The translations under genes were made by a program, and so were the position numbers. The notes under the pieces were generated by a model, which was not told the DNA's origin, ran no database searches, and saw only the letters and a list, made by a program, of their open reading frames with translations. A stretch of 64,000 bases of DNA from Lentisphaerota bacterium (GTDB lineage Bacteria; Verrucomicrobiota; Kiritimatiellia; PWTM01): the NCBI GenBank assembly GCA_016873715.1, contig VGWF01000007.1, positions 405 through 64,404 of the forward strand, read 5' to 3'. Position 1 is the stretch's first letter. Every line of letters starts with the position of its first letter. Below, in pieces: positions 37,531-47,720 of the stretch.

Positions 37531-38343
37531 TCATGGCGCTGCGCCCGGCGGCGCCACGAGCGCCCAGTAGTCGCCGTCGCTCATCACGAGCATGCGGTCC
37601 GACGCCCACGCGAGCGTCCACCCGGCAACCTTCGTGCCGACGGAGACCACCGGCCGCTCCGTCCCGGCCTCGAAGATGAACGCCGCGGCGCCGCCCGCCC
37701 CGGCCGACACGCGTCGCAGCGGCTTCGGCGGCGTCGCGCCGGCGCCGTACGGGCGCGCCAGCGCGGCGGCGAGGTCCGAGGTCTCCCCGAGGACCGAGGA
37801 CAGGAGGCGGTAGCGTTGGCCCCGGGTGCCGCGGATGACCTTGAACCCGTCGATCGAGTACTGCCATGGCGAGCCGAAACGATCGGCGAGCGGCGGCCGC
37901 CCGGCCTCCGGGAGCGCGCGCAGCGGCTCGAGCGTGGGCGGGAAGGCGACGTCCTTCTGGTACTGCTCCCTGAGCGCGACGCGCACCCGCTCCCGGTCGA
38001 GCCGCGTCAGCCACCGGCGCGCCATCTCGGCCCCGGCCTGTTCGAGGTGCGTCGCCTTGCCGAGCGTCATCGCCTCCAGGACCGTCGCGGCATCGTTCGT
38101 CGACCCCGACTTGAGAAGGTGCCATGCCGCGAATCCCCGGAAGAGGGGCCGGAGTTCTCCGGACGGAAACTGCTGCTCGGCGGAACGCCACGCGGCGGCG
38201 TGTGCGGCGTGGTTCGACGGGGACTTGGCCTGCGCACGCCCGAGGGCCATCGCGTGGTCCTGCTCGTCGGCCCCGGCCGCGCAACGGGCGATGCCCATCG
38301 CAAGCCCCGCGACCCAGCCGGTCCACCCCCGGATCCTTCGCAT
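37531..38343 (-). CDS. Secreted hypothetical protein (possible first gene of the Bat-like operon)
   Basis: 270 aa from [25 protein letters not shown] (signal peptide). I recognise no family. The start was chosen inside track ORF 37531..38508. Confidence 0.5.
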   Translation of the reverse strand: MRRIRGWTGWVAGLAMGIARCAAGADEQDHAMALGRAQAKSPSNHAAHAAAWRSAEQQFPSGELRPLFRGFAAWHLLKSGSTNDAATVLEAMTLGKATHLEQAGAEMARRWLTRLDRERVRVALREQYQKDVAFPPTLEPLRALPEAGRPPLADRFGSPWQYSIDGFKVIRGTRGQRYRLLSSVLGETSDLAAALARPYGAGATPPKPLRRVSAGAGGAAAFIFEAGTERPVVSVGTKVAGWTLAWASDRMLVMSDGDYWALVAPPGAAP

Positions 38344-38560
38344 GATTCGCGTCGACTCCCGCGCCGGCGAGCGCCCGACCGGCGCAACCACCATAACAGT
38401 CCGCTTCGCCGGTGCAAAGCGCCGCGCCGCCGCACCCCGCACCCCGTCGCTCCTCCCTCCTCGCGGGCGCATCCGCATGGGGTGCGACCGCATTCCGGAA
38501 GGGTACACGTCAATACGGCGCGCGATTGCGCCCGCGAATCCGCCTGACTACAGTATCCGC

Positions 38561-39790
38561 ATGACCGGACCCGATGACAGGAATCCACCCGCGCCGATCG
38601 CCATGCCGACGCGCCGATTCGGCCGGACGGGCCTCGTCATGCCCGTCTTCACGTGCGGCGGCATGCGATACCAGCACTCGTGGAAGGATGTCGATGCCGG
38701 CTCGATCCCGGCCGACGCCCAGGCCAACCTCGAAGCCTGCATCCGGCGATCGATGGATCTCGGGATCAACCACATCGAGACCGCCCGCGGCTACGGCTCC
38801 TCGGAGGTGCAGCTCGGACGCATCCTCCCCACCCTCCCCCGCGACCGCATGATCGTGCAGACCAAGGTCGTGCCCGGGGACACCGCCGCGGAGCTCGTCG
38901 GGACATTCGAGACGTCCCTCGCCAACCTCGGACTCGACCACGTCGACCTCCTCGCGGTCCACGGCATCAACAACGACGAGATCCTCGCGAGGACCCTGCG
39001 CAAGGGCGGCGCGCTCGAGGGCGCCCGCCGCCTGCAACGCGAGGGACGCGTCCGCTTCGTCGGCTTCTCCACCCATGCGCCCGCCGGACCGGTCATCCGC
39101 GCCTGCGAGACCGGCGAGTTCGACTACGTCAACCTGCACTGGTACTTCGTGAACGAATTCACCTGGCCGGCCGTCGAGACGGCGGCGCGGCTCGACATGG
39201 GCGTGTTCATCATCAGCCCGAACGACAAGGGCGGGAAGCTGCAGGAGCCGACGGAGAAGCTCGTCCGCCTCTGCGCGCCGCTCACCCCGATGGCCTTCAA
39301 CGACCTCTTCTGCCTGGCGCGCCCTGAGGTCCACACGCTCAGCCTCGGCGTCGCCCGGCCGTCGGATTTCGACGCGCACATCGAGGCCCTGCGCCACTTC
39401 GACCGCCGCGCCGGGGTGTCCGCCGGGATCGCCGGCCGGATCCGCGACGAGATCCGCCGCGTCCACGGCGCGGACTGGGCCGACCGCTGGCCCGGGGGGC
39501 TGCCCGAGTGGGAGGACGTGCCCGGGCAGGTCAACGTGCGCGAAATCCTGCGGCTGTGGACCTATGCGACCGCCCTCGACATGGTCGCGTTTGCGAAGAT
39601 GCGCTACAACCTCCTCGGCAACGCGGAGCACTGGTTCCCCGGCCGCAACGCCGCGGAGTTCGACGAGCCCGCCCTCCGCCGCGCCGTCGCCGCCAGCCCC
39701 TTCGCCGACCGCATTCCCGGCATCCTGCGCGAGGCCCACCGCCTCCTCTTCGAGCAGCCCGCCCGGCGCCTCAGCGAGTCGGAGGACTGA
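38561..39790 (+). CDS. Aldo/keto reductase family oxidoreductase
   Basis: [32 protein letters not shown] and [10 protein letters not shown]. An alternative start is at 38603. This is the 3' part of track ORF 37826..39790. Confidence 0.8.
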   Translation: MTGPDDRNPPAPIAMPTRRFGRTGLVMPVFTCGGMRYQHSWKDVDAGSIPADAQANLEACIRRSMDLGINHIETARGYGSSEVQLGRILPTLPRDRMIVQTKVVPGDTAAELVGTFETSLANLGLDHVDLLAVHGINNDEILARTLRKGGALEGARRLQREGRVRFVGFSTHAPAGPVIRACETGEFDYVNLHWYFVNEFTWPAVETAARLDMGVFIISPNDKGGKLQEPTEKLVRLCAPLTPMAFNDLFCLARPEVHTLSLGVARPSDFDAHIEALRHFDRRAGVSAGIAGRIRDEIRRVHGADWADRWPGGLPEWEDVPGQVNVREILRLWTYATALDMVAFAKMRYNLLGNAEHWFPGRNAAEFDEPALRRAVAASPFADRIPGILREAHRLLFEQPARRLSESED

Positions 39791-39885
39791 TCCGCCGGAT
39801 CCGGCGGATCCCGTCCACCGCGCCTTCTTCATGGCCTGCGACGGGCTCGACGAGCCGGGCCGGCCGGGCCATAGTTCCGGGCACC

Positions 39886-41865
39886 ATGAATGCCCGCATC
39901 CTGGCGCTTCTCCTCGCGACCCCCCTCGTCACCGCGGCCGGCGGATTGCCCGACCGCGACCTCCGCGGCGGGACGCCGAAGACCACCGACACCCCGTGGA
40001 CCTTCACGCCCGCCGCGTCGCGCGCCGACTGGGAGGCGCGCGCCGGGGACATCCGCGAACAGATCCTCGTCAGCTGCGGCCTCTGGCCGATGCCGGAGCG
40101 CACGCCGCTCCGCGCCCGCGTCTTCGACCGCGTCGAACGCGACGGCTACAGCATCGAGAAGGTCGACCTGCAACCGTGGCCCGGCGTCCATCTCGGCGGC
40201 AATCTCTTCCGCCCGCTCGGCCGCGGGCCGGGCCCGTTCCCGGCCATCCTCAATCCCCACGGCCACTGGAACCACGGCCGGATCGAGGATGGCGATCGCG
40301 GCGGCATCCCGCCCCGATGCATCGCCTTCGCCCGGCAGGGCATGATCGCGCTCTCGATCGATATGATCGGCTACAACGACACGATGCAGTTCGGCGAGCA
40401 TCGCAAGTGCTTCCAGCACCCGACGAACGCGCTCTGGGGCATCAGCATCATGGGCCTGCAGACGTGGAACGCCGTCCGCGCGCTGGACTTCCTCGCGTCG
40501 CTGCCCGACGCCGACACGAACCGCCTGGCCTGTACCGGCGCGTCGGGCGGCGGGACGCAGACCTTCATGCTCGGCGCGCTCGACGACCGCCTCGCCGTGG
40601 TCGCCCCGATCGTCATGGTCTCGCACACCATGCAGGGCGGCTGCGTCTGCGAGAACGCGCCCGGACTCCGCATCCGCCACTTCAACGTCGAGATCGGCGC
40701 CGCCGCCGCGCCGCGCCCCCAGATCCTGGTCGCGGCCACCGGCGACTGGACCCGCGCCACGATGGAGGTCGAGGGCCCGGCCATCGCCTCCGTCTACCGG
40801 CACTTCGACGCCGCCGACCGCTTCCGCGCCGTCTGCCTGCCCTACGGCCACAACTACAACCAGGAGACCCGCGAGAACGTCTACGGCTGGTTCGGCCAGT
40901 GGCTGCGCGCCCTGCCCGACGCCTCGCCGATCCCCGAGGCGCCGCACCCACGGGAACCCAACGACGTCTACCGCCTGTTCCCCGACGGCCGGCCGCCGGC
41001 CGGAGCGCTGACGGAGGCGGAGTTCGCCGGACAACTCGTCGCGACGGCACGGCAGTCTTGGACGGCCTCGCTCCCGCCCGCCGGAGCGCCGCGGGATGCG
41101 TTCGTCCGCCAGTGGCTGCCCGCATGGCGGCATACGCTTCAGGTCGACGCATCGCCGGCCGCGATCCTGGCGGCGACGCAGTCCTGCGAGGCTGCGGCAT
41201 CGGCAACGGTGACGCGGCTCGCGATCGGCCGCGACGGCTGCGGCGACCGGGTGTCCGCAACCCTCCACGCCCCGGACGGCGCCTCCGGCGGCACGTGGGC
41301 GGTGGTGGCCGGCGCGACGGATCCGGGCGACGTGGTGCGCGCGCTGGCGCAACGCCGGGTGACCGTTCTGCGCATCGACCCCTTCGGGCTGACGGGCGCC
41401 GCCGGCGCCGCGGGTCGCGATTACGCGAAGAACCACTTCACGACCTACAACCGGACCGACGCGCAGGAATCGGTGCAGGACCTCCTGACCGCCGCCGCGT
41501 TCGCCCGCGCGAGCGGGGCCGGCCGGGTGGTCGTCTGCGGCGCGGGGCGCGCGGGGTTGTGGGCCATGCTTGCGGCTCCCGGCTTCGACGCAGTCGTTGC
41601 GGACGCCTGCGGGATCGATCCGGCGGACGACCAGGCCCTGCTGGCCCGCGACATCCTCGTGCCCTGCCTGCGCAGGCTCGGCGGGTTGGAGGGTCCGCTC
41701 CTCCTCGCCGCCCCCCGCCCCGCGTACCTTCACAACACGGCGGGCCGGTACCCGACCGCGAGCCTCCGGGCCGCGCACGGCAAAGGGATCGACATGTCCG
41801 ATGAGGCGGCCGGCGCCGAGCGGATCGCGGACTGGATCGTCCACGGTGTGCCAGACCGGCGTTGA
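39886..41865 (+). CDS. Secreted alpha/beta hydrolase (acetyl-xylan-esterase / dienelactone-hydrolase-like)
   Basis: A signal peptide (MNARILALLLATPLVTAAG) and the nucleophile elbow LACTGASGGGTQTF, followed by a roughly 250-aa extra C-terminal domain. Confidence 0.65.
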   Translation: MNARILALLLATPLVTAAGGLPDRDLRGGTPKTTDTPWTFTPAASRADWEARAGDIREQILVSCGLWPMPERTPLRARVFDRVERDGYSIEKVDLQPWPGVHLGGNLFRPLGRGPGPFPAILNPHGHWNHGRIEDGDRGGIPPRCIAFARQGMIALSIDMIGYNDTMQFGEHRKCFQHPTNALWGISIMGLQTWNAVRALDFLASLPDADTNRLACTGASGGGTQTFMLGALDDRLAVVAPIVMVSHTMQGGCVCENAPGLRIRHFNVEIGAAAAPRPQILVAATGDWTRATMEVEGPAIASVYRHFDAADRFRAVCLPYGHNYNQETRENVYGWFGQWLRALPDASPIPEAPHPREPNDVYRLFPDGRPPAGALTEAEFAGQLVATARQSWTASLPPAGAPRDAFVRQWLPAWRHTLQVDASPAAILAATQSCEAAASATVTRLAIGRDGCGDRVSATLHAPDGASGGTWAVVAGATDPGDVVRALAQRRVTVLRIDPFGLTGAAGAAGRDYAKNHFTTYNRTDAQESVQDLLTAAAFARASGAGRVVVCGAGRAGLWAMLAAPGFDAVVADACGIDPADDQALLARDILVPCLRRLGGLEGPLLLAAPRPAYLHNTAGRYPTASLRAAHGKGIDMSDEAAGAERIADWIVHGVPDRR

Positions 41866-41945
41866 CAGGCGTCCCGCGATCTGGTTTATTGCCACGGTTT
41901 TTCCGACGCACGCGACCTCTCGGACGTCGGATGCGGTTCTGGTGT

Positions 41946-42021
<76 letters not shown>

Positions 42022-42022
42022 G

Positions 42023-42728
42023 CCTCCGCTCGCAGCGCAGCGAAGAGCGGAGGCTGTCCCGCCGGAGCCGGCCGGCGGCCCGCGCCGGCCGCGTAGGCGG
42101 ACCGGTCCCCGCGCTGCGAGACTACGGCATGGCAAGCCAGCCACGGCTTCCTGTACGTCCGTACCCTGGCCAGTGAGACCGCTCCCGGGCATCACGACGC
42201 CGGAATGATCGGGGATCACGGGTCGCGCATTCGCGTCCACAACCGCGGCGGCTGCCCTCACACATCCAAGAGCTGTCGGTGATGTCGGAAACCGCCGTCG
42301 CATTTCGAGGCCGGGAGAAAGGCGCCGCCTTCGAGCGCCGGCACCGCTAACCCACCCCTCCGCTCGCAGCGCAGCGAAGAGCGGAGGCTGTCCCGCCGGA
42401 GCCGGCCGGCGCCCCGCGCCGGCCGGGTAGGCGGACCGGTCCCCGCGCTGCGAGACTACGGCTTGGCAAGCCAGCCACGGCTTCCCGTGTGTCGATACCC
42501 TGGCCAGTGAGACAGCTCCCGGGCATCACGACGCCGGAATGATCGGGGATCTCGGGTCGCGCATTCGCGTCCACAACCGCGGCGGCTGCCCTCACACATC
42601 CAAGAGCTGTCGGTGATGTCGGAAACCGCCGTCGCATTTCGAGGCCGGGAGAAAGGCGCCGCCTTCGAGCGCCGGCACCGCTAACCCACCCCTCCGCTCG
42701 CAGCGCAGCGAAGAGCGGAGGCTGTCCC
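42023..42728. repeat. Tandem direct repeat with a 334-bp unit, 2.1 copies, starting 2 nt after the tRNA-Ala CCA
   Basis: The units are 42023-42356, 42357-42690 and a partial third copy at 42691-42728. The period is confirmed by duplicated track ORFs whose MRRRFPTSP codons lie 334 nt apart. The two full copies differ at 10 positions. Each unit opens with the hairpin CCTCCGCTC-N13-GAGCGGAGG. Confidence 0.9.
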
Positions 42729-42752
42729 CGCGCCACGAGACGGCGGCCCGGC

Positions 42753-43628
42753 CTAGAACAGCTTCCTCAGCGCGCGCTGGAGTCCCTCGGCGCCCTTCTC
42801 GATGAGGTTGGTCGAGGTGCCCGCCTCCCTGCCGAGGCTCTTGATCCGGACCTTCGCGTTCTTTTCGAGTTCGTGGAGTCCGTCGGCGCCCTTGCCCGCG
42901 GCGCGGGCGGCCTCGTCGAGCGCGGACATGAGCAGGATCGGCGCGGCCTTGACGAGCAGTGCGCCTCCGATTTCCGCACCGGCGGCGTTGAAGTCGGTCA
43001 CGTCGCGGACGGTGTATTCGAAGCCGAGGTCCATCTTCCGCGTGACCGGCTCCGTCTTGCCGCCGCGGAAGTCGCGCATCTCCACCGCTCCGATGCGGAC
43101 CACGAACTCGTCGATCCTGTAGGGCGGTTCGTCGATCTCCGACGCCGGCACGTGCTTGTCGTCGCCCCCGCCCTTCGGCCCCGTTGCGGGGGGCGCGTTC
43201 GTCTCCGCCTGCGCGGTCTGCGTCCGCTTCGAGACCTCGCCGCTGATGCGCTCCCAGTTCATCTCGCCCTTCTCGTTCCGCACCACGACCAGCTTGGGCA
43301 TGTCGATGACGATCGAGCGGAACCGGGGCTTGTGGCTCCACAGAGCCCGGCGGTCGTACTCGGCGTAGATCTCGCGGAACCGGATGGCCTCGCCCGACTC
43401 GAAGCCCGGCGGGTTCCGCACCGTCATGCCGAGGATGCGGACCGAGGGACGCGCCACCTGCACCTTCATCGACTCGATGGAGGCGTCGAGGCCGGTGCTC
43501 GACCGGATGAACCGGACCGTAGCCCAGCCCAGGAACGAGTTGCGAAGGAGCCCCAGCGCAACCATCGCCGCGACGACGATCCCCGCGACCCACAACCCGA
43601 TTCGTGTCGATCTGTTCATGGCCGTCAC
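42753..43628 (-). CDS. Membrane-anchored hypothetical protein
   Basis: 291 aa with an N-terminal TM helix (IGLWVAGIVVAAMVALGLL). Composition is normal and no family is assigned with confidence. Confidence 0.55.
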   Translation of the reverse strand: MTAMNRSTRIGLWVAGIVVAAMVALGLLRNSFLGWATVRFIRSSTGLDASIESMKVQVARPSVRILGMTVRNPPGFESGEAIRFREIYAEYDRRALWSHKPRFRSIVIDMPKLVVVRNEKGEMNWERISGEVSKRTQTAQAETNAPPATGPKGGGDDKHVPASEIDEPPYRIDEFVVRIGAVEMRDFRGGKTEPVTRKMDLGFEYTVRDVTDFNAAGAEIGGALLVKAAPILLMSALDEAARAAGKGADGLHELEKNAKVRIKSLGREAGTSTNLIEKGAEGLQRALRKLF

Positions 43629-43722
43629 CCGGCCCTACTATGCCCTCCGGACGGCGGCGTGTCGAACGCGCCGGCGCGTTCGGGGCGCATGCGCGTTGCG
43701 CGGCGGCCCGGCTTGCGGCACC

Positions 43723-44295
43723 ATGCCGGGCATGGTTGCACCCGACGGGAGAGATGCGGCGATCGATGCGGCGGCCGCCGCCGCCGTGCACGAACGGCAC
43801 ATGCGCCTGGCCCTCGGACAGGCGCGCGACGCGGCGGCGGAGGGCGAGGTGCCCGTCGGCGCCGTCATCGTCCGCGACGGCCACCTCGTCGCCAAGGCGC
43901 GCAACCAGGTCGAGACGCTGAAGGATCCCACCGCCCACGCGGAGATCCTGGCCATCACGCAGGCCGCGAGCGCCGTCGGCGACTGGCGCCTCTCCGACTG
44001 CACGCTCTACGTGACCAAGGAGCCCTGCGTGATGTGCGCGGGCGCGATCATCCTCGCGCGGATCCCGCTCGTCGTCTGGGGCATGACCGATCCCGTCCGC
44101 GGCGGCGCGGTCTCGCTCTTCCAGGTGCTCCAGCAGGCCGACCTCAACCACCGGTGCGACCACGTCGCAGGGATCCTTGAGTCCGAATGCCGCGAGGTCA
44201 TGCAGTCCTTTTTCCGCGCGCTTCGCTCCGGGCCGGCCCGCGGGCGGGGCGCAGGCACGGACCTCCTGCCGCGATCCGGCGATGTTATTACGTAG
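43723..44295 (+). CDS. tadA: tRNA-specific adenosine(34) deaminase
   Basis: GEVPVGAVIV, the HAEILAI zinc motif and VTKEPCVMCAGAI. An alternative start is at 43732. Confidence 0.85.
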   Translation: MPGMVAPDGRDAAIDAAAAAAVHERHMRLALGQARDAAAEGEVPVGAVIVRDGHLVAKARNQVETLKDPTAHAEILAITQAASAVGDWRLSDCTLYVTKEPCVMCAGAIILARIPLVVWGMTDPVRGGAVSLFQVLQQADLNHRCDHVAGILESECREVMQSFFRALRSGPARGRGAGTDLLPRSGDVIT

Positions 44296-44378
44296 AAACC
44301 AAGCCGGCGCGCCTTGGATCCCGCGATGGTCGTCCGCACGACGGAGGGAATCACGCATGCGGGAGCGATGAGTTGCGG

Positions 44379-44406
44379 TTGACTCTTCGCGGTTGGGCCG
44401 TATTAT
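44379..44406 (+). promoter_or_regulatory. Candidate sigma70-type promoter
   Basis: TTGACT (44379-44384), a 16-nt spacer, then TATTAT (44401-44406), about 85 nt upstream of the lipoprotein gene. Confidence 0.35.
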
Positions 44407-44489
44407 TCCAAAGTCTGTGGTGATGCTACGCTGTAACTTCCATCAGCGGATGGGCATCAGGAACGACGCGGACACGGAGACCCAAAGAC

Positions 44490-44897
44490 ATGACGAAGTG
44501 GATGAATCGCGGACTGGCCCTTGCAACGATGATGATTGCCGCCTGTTTCATGGTCGGCTGTGACGATGGCGACGGCGGGGGCGGCGGCGGGGGCGGTACC
44601 AATGCCTTCGTCGGCACGTGGCTGATTCAGAAGGAAGCCACCGAGGCCTACTGGGTCTTCTTCGCGGACGGGACGTTCCGCAAGAATCTTGCCGACCAGC
44701 CGCTCGATGGCGCCGTGCACTTCTTCGGGACCTACACGGTCAGCGGCGGGACGCTTAACGGCAGTTTCACCAATCCGGGCATCGGTGATGGCGCGATCGA
44801 ATGCACGATCGCCGCGAACGGGACCATGGTGATGGACTTCATCGAATACTGGCATTCGCCGGCCAAGCACGTCCCCTGTACGGGCGTACGTCAGTAG
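44490..44897 (+). CDS. Small lipoprotein with a poly-Gly tether
   Basis: 135 aa. The lipobox is FMVGC, followed by DDGDGGGGGGGGT. The body is lipocalin-like (GTWLIQK..FFADGTF..GTYTVSGGTLNG). Confidence 0.7.
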   Translation: MTKWMNRGLALATMMIAACFMVGCDDGDGGGGGGGGTNAFVGTWLIQKEATEAYWVFFADGTFRKNLADQPLDGAVHFFGTYTVSGGTLNGSFTNPGIGDGAIECTIAANGTMVMDFIEYWHSPAKHVPCTGVRQ

Positions 44898-45019
44898 GTC
44901 CGGGGTGCGACGATGAGGGTTGTCGGCGGGTGACTCCGCCGCCAGCCCTTCTTCTCGATGGAGGAATACGGGCGCGGCTCGGCTGATCGGGCGCGCACGA
45001 TTCGAGGCGTCCGCGGTTC

Positions 45020-45046
45020 CCGCCCCGTTCGGGGCGGTCGTTTCGG
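45020..45046 (+). terminator. Possible intrinsic terminator
   Basis: CCGCCCC-GTTC-GGGGCGG followed by TCGTTTCGG, which is a weak U tract. Confidence 0.3.
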
Positions 45047-45058
45047 ACGCGTTCCCTG

Positions 45059-45088
45059 TTGAAAGATGGGCTGTTGCAGACGTATAGT
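45059..45088 (+). promoter_or_regulatory. Candidate sigma70-type promoter
   Basis: TTGAAA (45059-45064), an 18-nt spacer, then TATAGT (45083-45088). GAGG lies 6 nt before the ATG at 45110. Confidence 0.35.
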
Positions 45089-45109
45089 CCCTCCCAACAC
45101 GAGGTAGTC

Positions 45110-45538
45110 ATGAGCTCGCGTTCGGCCGCATTCCTTGTCGCAGGGGTTGTCTCCATCGCCTCCCTCCTGGAGGGCTGCGGCGGGGGCGGCGGGGGCGGTC
45201 CCGGCGTGATCGGGCCGAACCTGAACGGGAGCTGGGAGGGGGATTTCTACATCACGGACGGCAGCGTGGATCGCACCCTCACCGCGCAGATCACCCACCA
45301 GGGGACGAACATCACCATCCGCACCTCGCGGACGGCGGGTACGGGCGTGTTGCTCACCGGCCGGATCGATGTCGAGGGCAACATGGTCCTGACCGATGCC
45401 TTCGACGGGGAAACGTGGACGACCATCGAGGGACCGGCAACGACCAACCACGTGCTGATCGAGGACTTCACCGAACAGCCGCCCCTGGGATCGTGGGGTC
45501 TGGAGACCGACCGGTACGCCATCGAGCTGGTCCGCTGA
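45110..45538 (+). CDS. Small lipoprotein with a poly-Gly tether
   Basis: 142 aa. The lipobox is LLEGC, followed by GGGGGGGPG. Confidence 0.65.
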   Translation: MSSRSAAFLVAGVVSIASLLEGCGGGGGGGPGVIGPNLNGSWEGDFYITDGSVDRTLTAQITHQGTNITIRTSRTAGTGVLLTGRIDVEGNMVLTDAFDGETWTTIEGPATTNHVLIEDFTEQPPLGSWGLETDRYAIELVR

Positions 45539-45556
45539 ACGGGGTGCAGGCGCGGA

Positions 45557-47719
45557 ATGGACTCGGAATCATCCTGGCGCATGGCGAGAGACGGTCTTCG
45601 CAGGGTGCTTCAGGGTCCCTCCCGATGGGCCGCCCTGTGCGGCGGGTTGATGCTGTGCATCCTTGCGTGGGGTGCATGGGGGCCGGTATGGCGCGCATGG
45701 CCGCTGCTTGCCCCGCCTGCCGTGATCCTGCTGCTGGCCCTTCGCGACCATCGTAGCGACCGTCCCGGCCGGGCGCGATGGGTCCCGGGGACGGTCGGAT
45801 GGCTGGTGGGCTCCATGGTCGTCCTCCTCGCGACGGCGGCGACCGGCAACATCTGGTTCGGGATTAACGGGTGGAATCCGCACGTGTTGAGCCTCCGGTC
45901 GGGGTTGGTCCGGCTGGCCGGAGTGGCCACGGGGCTGGTGATCCTGTTCCGCTTCATTCCCAGGGCATTCCCGTGGGTGGTCGCGGTCGCGCTCGTCGCG
46001 TCCGCCGCAGGGGCCTTCCACCAGTTGCTCAAGGTGACCGGCGGCCTGCCGGTGTACCAGTTCGACCATCCCGCCTTCATGCACCGGCTCTGGGGGCTGT
46101 CGCAGGCGCTGCCTTCGCTGACGTACTACGATCCCACGTGGAACGCCGGACGGGTGAGCCCCTACTCCATCGCGTCCGGCCTTCCCCCGGTCGCCTGGTT
46201 GCTCCGCCCGTTCTGGCGCGCCGGGATGGGCGTCGAGACCTACACGGCGGCCCTGGGTGCGATCCACATCCTGATGGTTCCGGCGATCTGCGCATGGGCC
46301 GCCCGCCTGTGCGGTGTGCGCGGAAGCGGCGTGACGGCGGCCGCCCTGCTGGGGCTGGGATCCAGTCAACTCCAGTTCCTTTGGGCGATTCACTTCGGCA
46401 CGATGGGCGCGGCCTTCTGCTCGCCCTTTCTCGCCGTGGTTGCGGCGGCTCTCTATGCCGTCCTCTGGCGGAACGACACGCGGCCGGCGGTCGTGCTATC
46501 CCTCGTGATCGCCTCGGCCGTCTACCTGAGCTGGCCGGGCTCATGGATCATGGGGCTCTGCGTCCTTCCGGCGGTCGCGGTCTCCCTCCCGCTCCTGCGG
46601 GGGCGCAGGCTGGCGTGGCTGGTCGCGTCGGGAGCGGCCATCGGGCTGCTGATCCTGCCGCTCGTCCTGGCGACCTTCCAGCACGCCGATCCGACGGGGT
46701 TCGCGGCGATGGAGAAGCACCGGTTCGACGCCGCGCGCGACCTGGTCACGGGCTGGAACAAGCTCCGGACCGCCCTCCGGTCGACGCATCCGCTGATCGT
46801 TTTCCTGGGCGGTGCGGGCATGCTCCTCCTGCCCTCCCGCGGGTCGCGCCGGTTCTTCCCCGCCCTGTGCATCCTGCTCGTGATCCTCTCCGGCTGGGGC
46901 CAGTACTGGAAGCCGCAGTTCCAGCTCAACCGCGCGATCATCCCGATGTCGTTCGTCCTCATCCTCCCGTGCGCGATGTGGGTGGACCGGCTCGCGAGGG
47001 GACGGCGACCGCTGCTGGCCCGCGCGCTGGTGGCGGCCGTCCTCGTGCTCGGCGGCTACAGCGTCACCCGCAGTTACGCGAACCTGGGGCCCGCACCGTA
47101 CCGCGGCCTGGGAGCCGAAACGCGCACGCTCGTCTCGTGGCTCAAGACCAACACGGCGCCGGGCTCGCGCGTGCTGTTCGCCGGTCCGACGGTCCACGGC
47201 TACGGCTACGCCCAGGCCTCGCTGCTGCCCGTGCTCGCGGACCGCGAGATGATCGCCTGCGACTACTACAACTTCTCGCCGCGACGCGTGGAGTACGAGA
47301 TGCCGCCCAAGGCCTTCCGCGGCTCGCCCGGGCGCGTCCGCGCCTACCTCGACCTCCACGGGGTCGGGCACGTGATCACCTACCACCCGCACTGGATCCG
47401 GTTCTTCGGCCGGGAGACGAACGACTACGCCAGGGTCCTCACGTTCGGACCGAAGACGAACAAGTGCGTCTTCCGGGTTCTGAATCCCGCGCCCCAACTC
47501 GCCGCCGGGACCGGCCGCGTCACCGCGGGCGTCGACCGGATCGACGTCGTCCCGGAGGGCAACCCCGCCGAGATCATCCTCCGGTACCGGTGGGCCGACG
47601 GTCTGCGGACCGATCCCCCGGCGGAGATCGCGCCCGCCGACATGGGCGACGGCATCCGCTTCATCCGGCTCCGGCCCAACGGCGCGGCCTCGTGCTCGAT
47701 CCGGAACGGGGACGGATGA
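45557..47719 (+). CDS. Polytopic membrane protein with a soluble C-terminal domain (putative GT-C-fold glycosyltransferase)
   Basis: 720 aa, with at least 12 predicted TM helices by eye and a roughly 200-aa soluble tail. Its stop lies 1 nt before the next GT-C-like gene. Confidence 0.55.
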   Translation: MDSESSWRMARDGLRRVLQGPSRWAALCGGLMLCILAWGAWGPVWRAWPLLAPPAVILLLALRDHRSDRPGRARWVPGTVGWLVGSMVVLLATAATGNIWFGINGWNPHVLSLRSGLVRLAGVATGLVILFRFIPRAFPWVVAVALVASAAGAFHQLLKVTGGLPVYQFDHPAFMHRLWGLSQALPSLTYYDPTWNAGRVSPYSIASGLPPVAWLLRPFWRAGMGVETYTAALGAIHILMVPAICAWAARLCGVRGSGVTAAALLGLGSSQLQFLWAIHFGTMGAAFCSPFLAVVAAALYAVLWRNDTRPAVVLSLVIASAVYLSWPGSWIMGLCVLPAVAVSLPLLRGRRLAWLVASGAAIGLLILPLVLATFQHADPTGFAAMEKHRFDAARDLVTGWNKLRTALRSTHPLIVFLGGAGMLLLPSRGSRRFFPALCILLVILSGWGQYWKPQFQLNRAIIPMSFVLILPCAMWVDRLARGRRPLLARALVAAVLVLGGYSVTRSYANLGPAPYRGLGAETRTLVSWLKTNTAPGSRVLFAGPTVHGYGYAQASLLPVLADREMIACDYYNFSPRRVEYEMPPKAFRGSPGRVRAYLDLHGVGHVITYHPHWIRFFGRETNDYARVLTFGPKTNKCVFRVLNPAPQLAAGTGRVTAGVDRIDVVPEGNPAEIILRYRWADGLRTDPPAEIAPADMGDGIRFIRLRPNGAASCSIRNGDG

Positions 47720-47720
47720 C

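Noticed and set aside
38532-38561. A TTGCGC-17-TACAGT promoter ending 6 nt before the AKR ATG, implying a leaderless mRNA.
   Set aside because: The -35 element is poor. An alternative downstream start (38603) is equally compatible with aldo/keto reductase N-termini. This cannot be decided from sequence alone.
42023-42728. The tandem repeat as a CRISPR array or as a diversity-generating retroelement TR/VR pair.
   Set aside because: The 334-bp unit is far longer than CRISPR repeats and the units abut without spacers. No cas genes are present. The substitutions between copies are not adenine-specific (G>C, C>G, A>T, T>C, A>G, C>T, ...). No reverse transcriptase gene is present.
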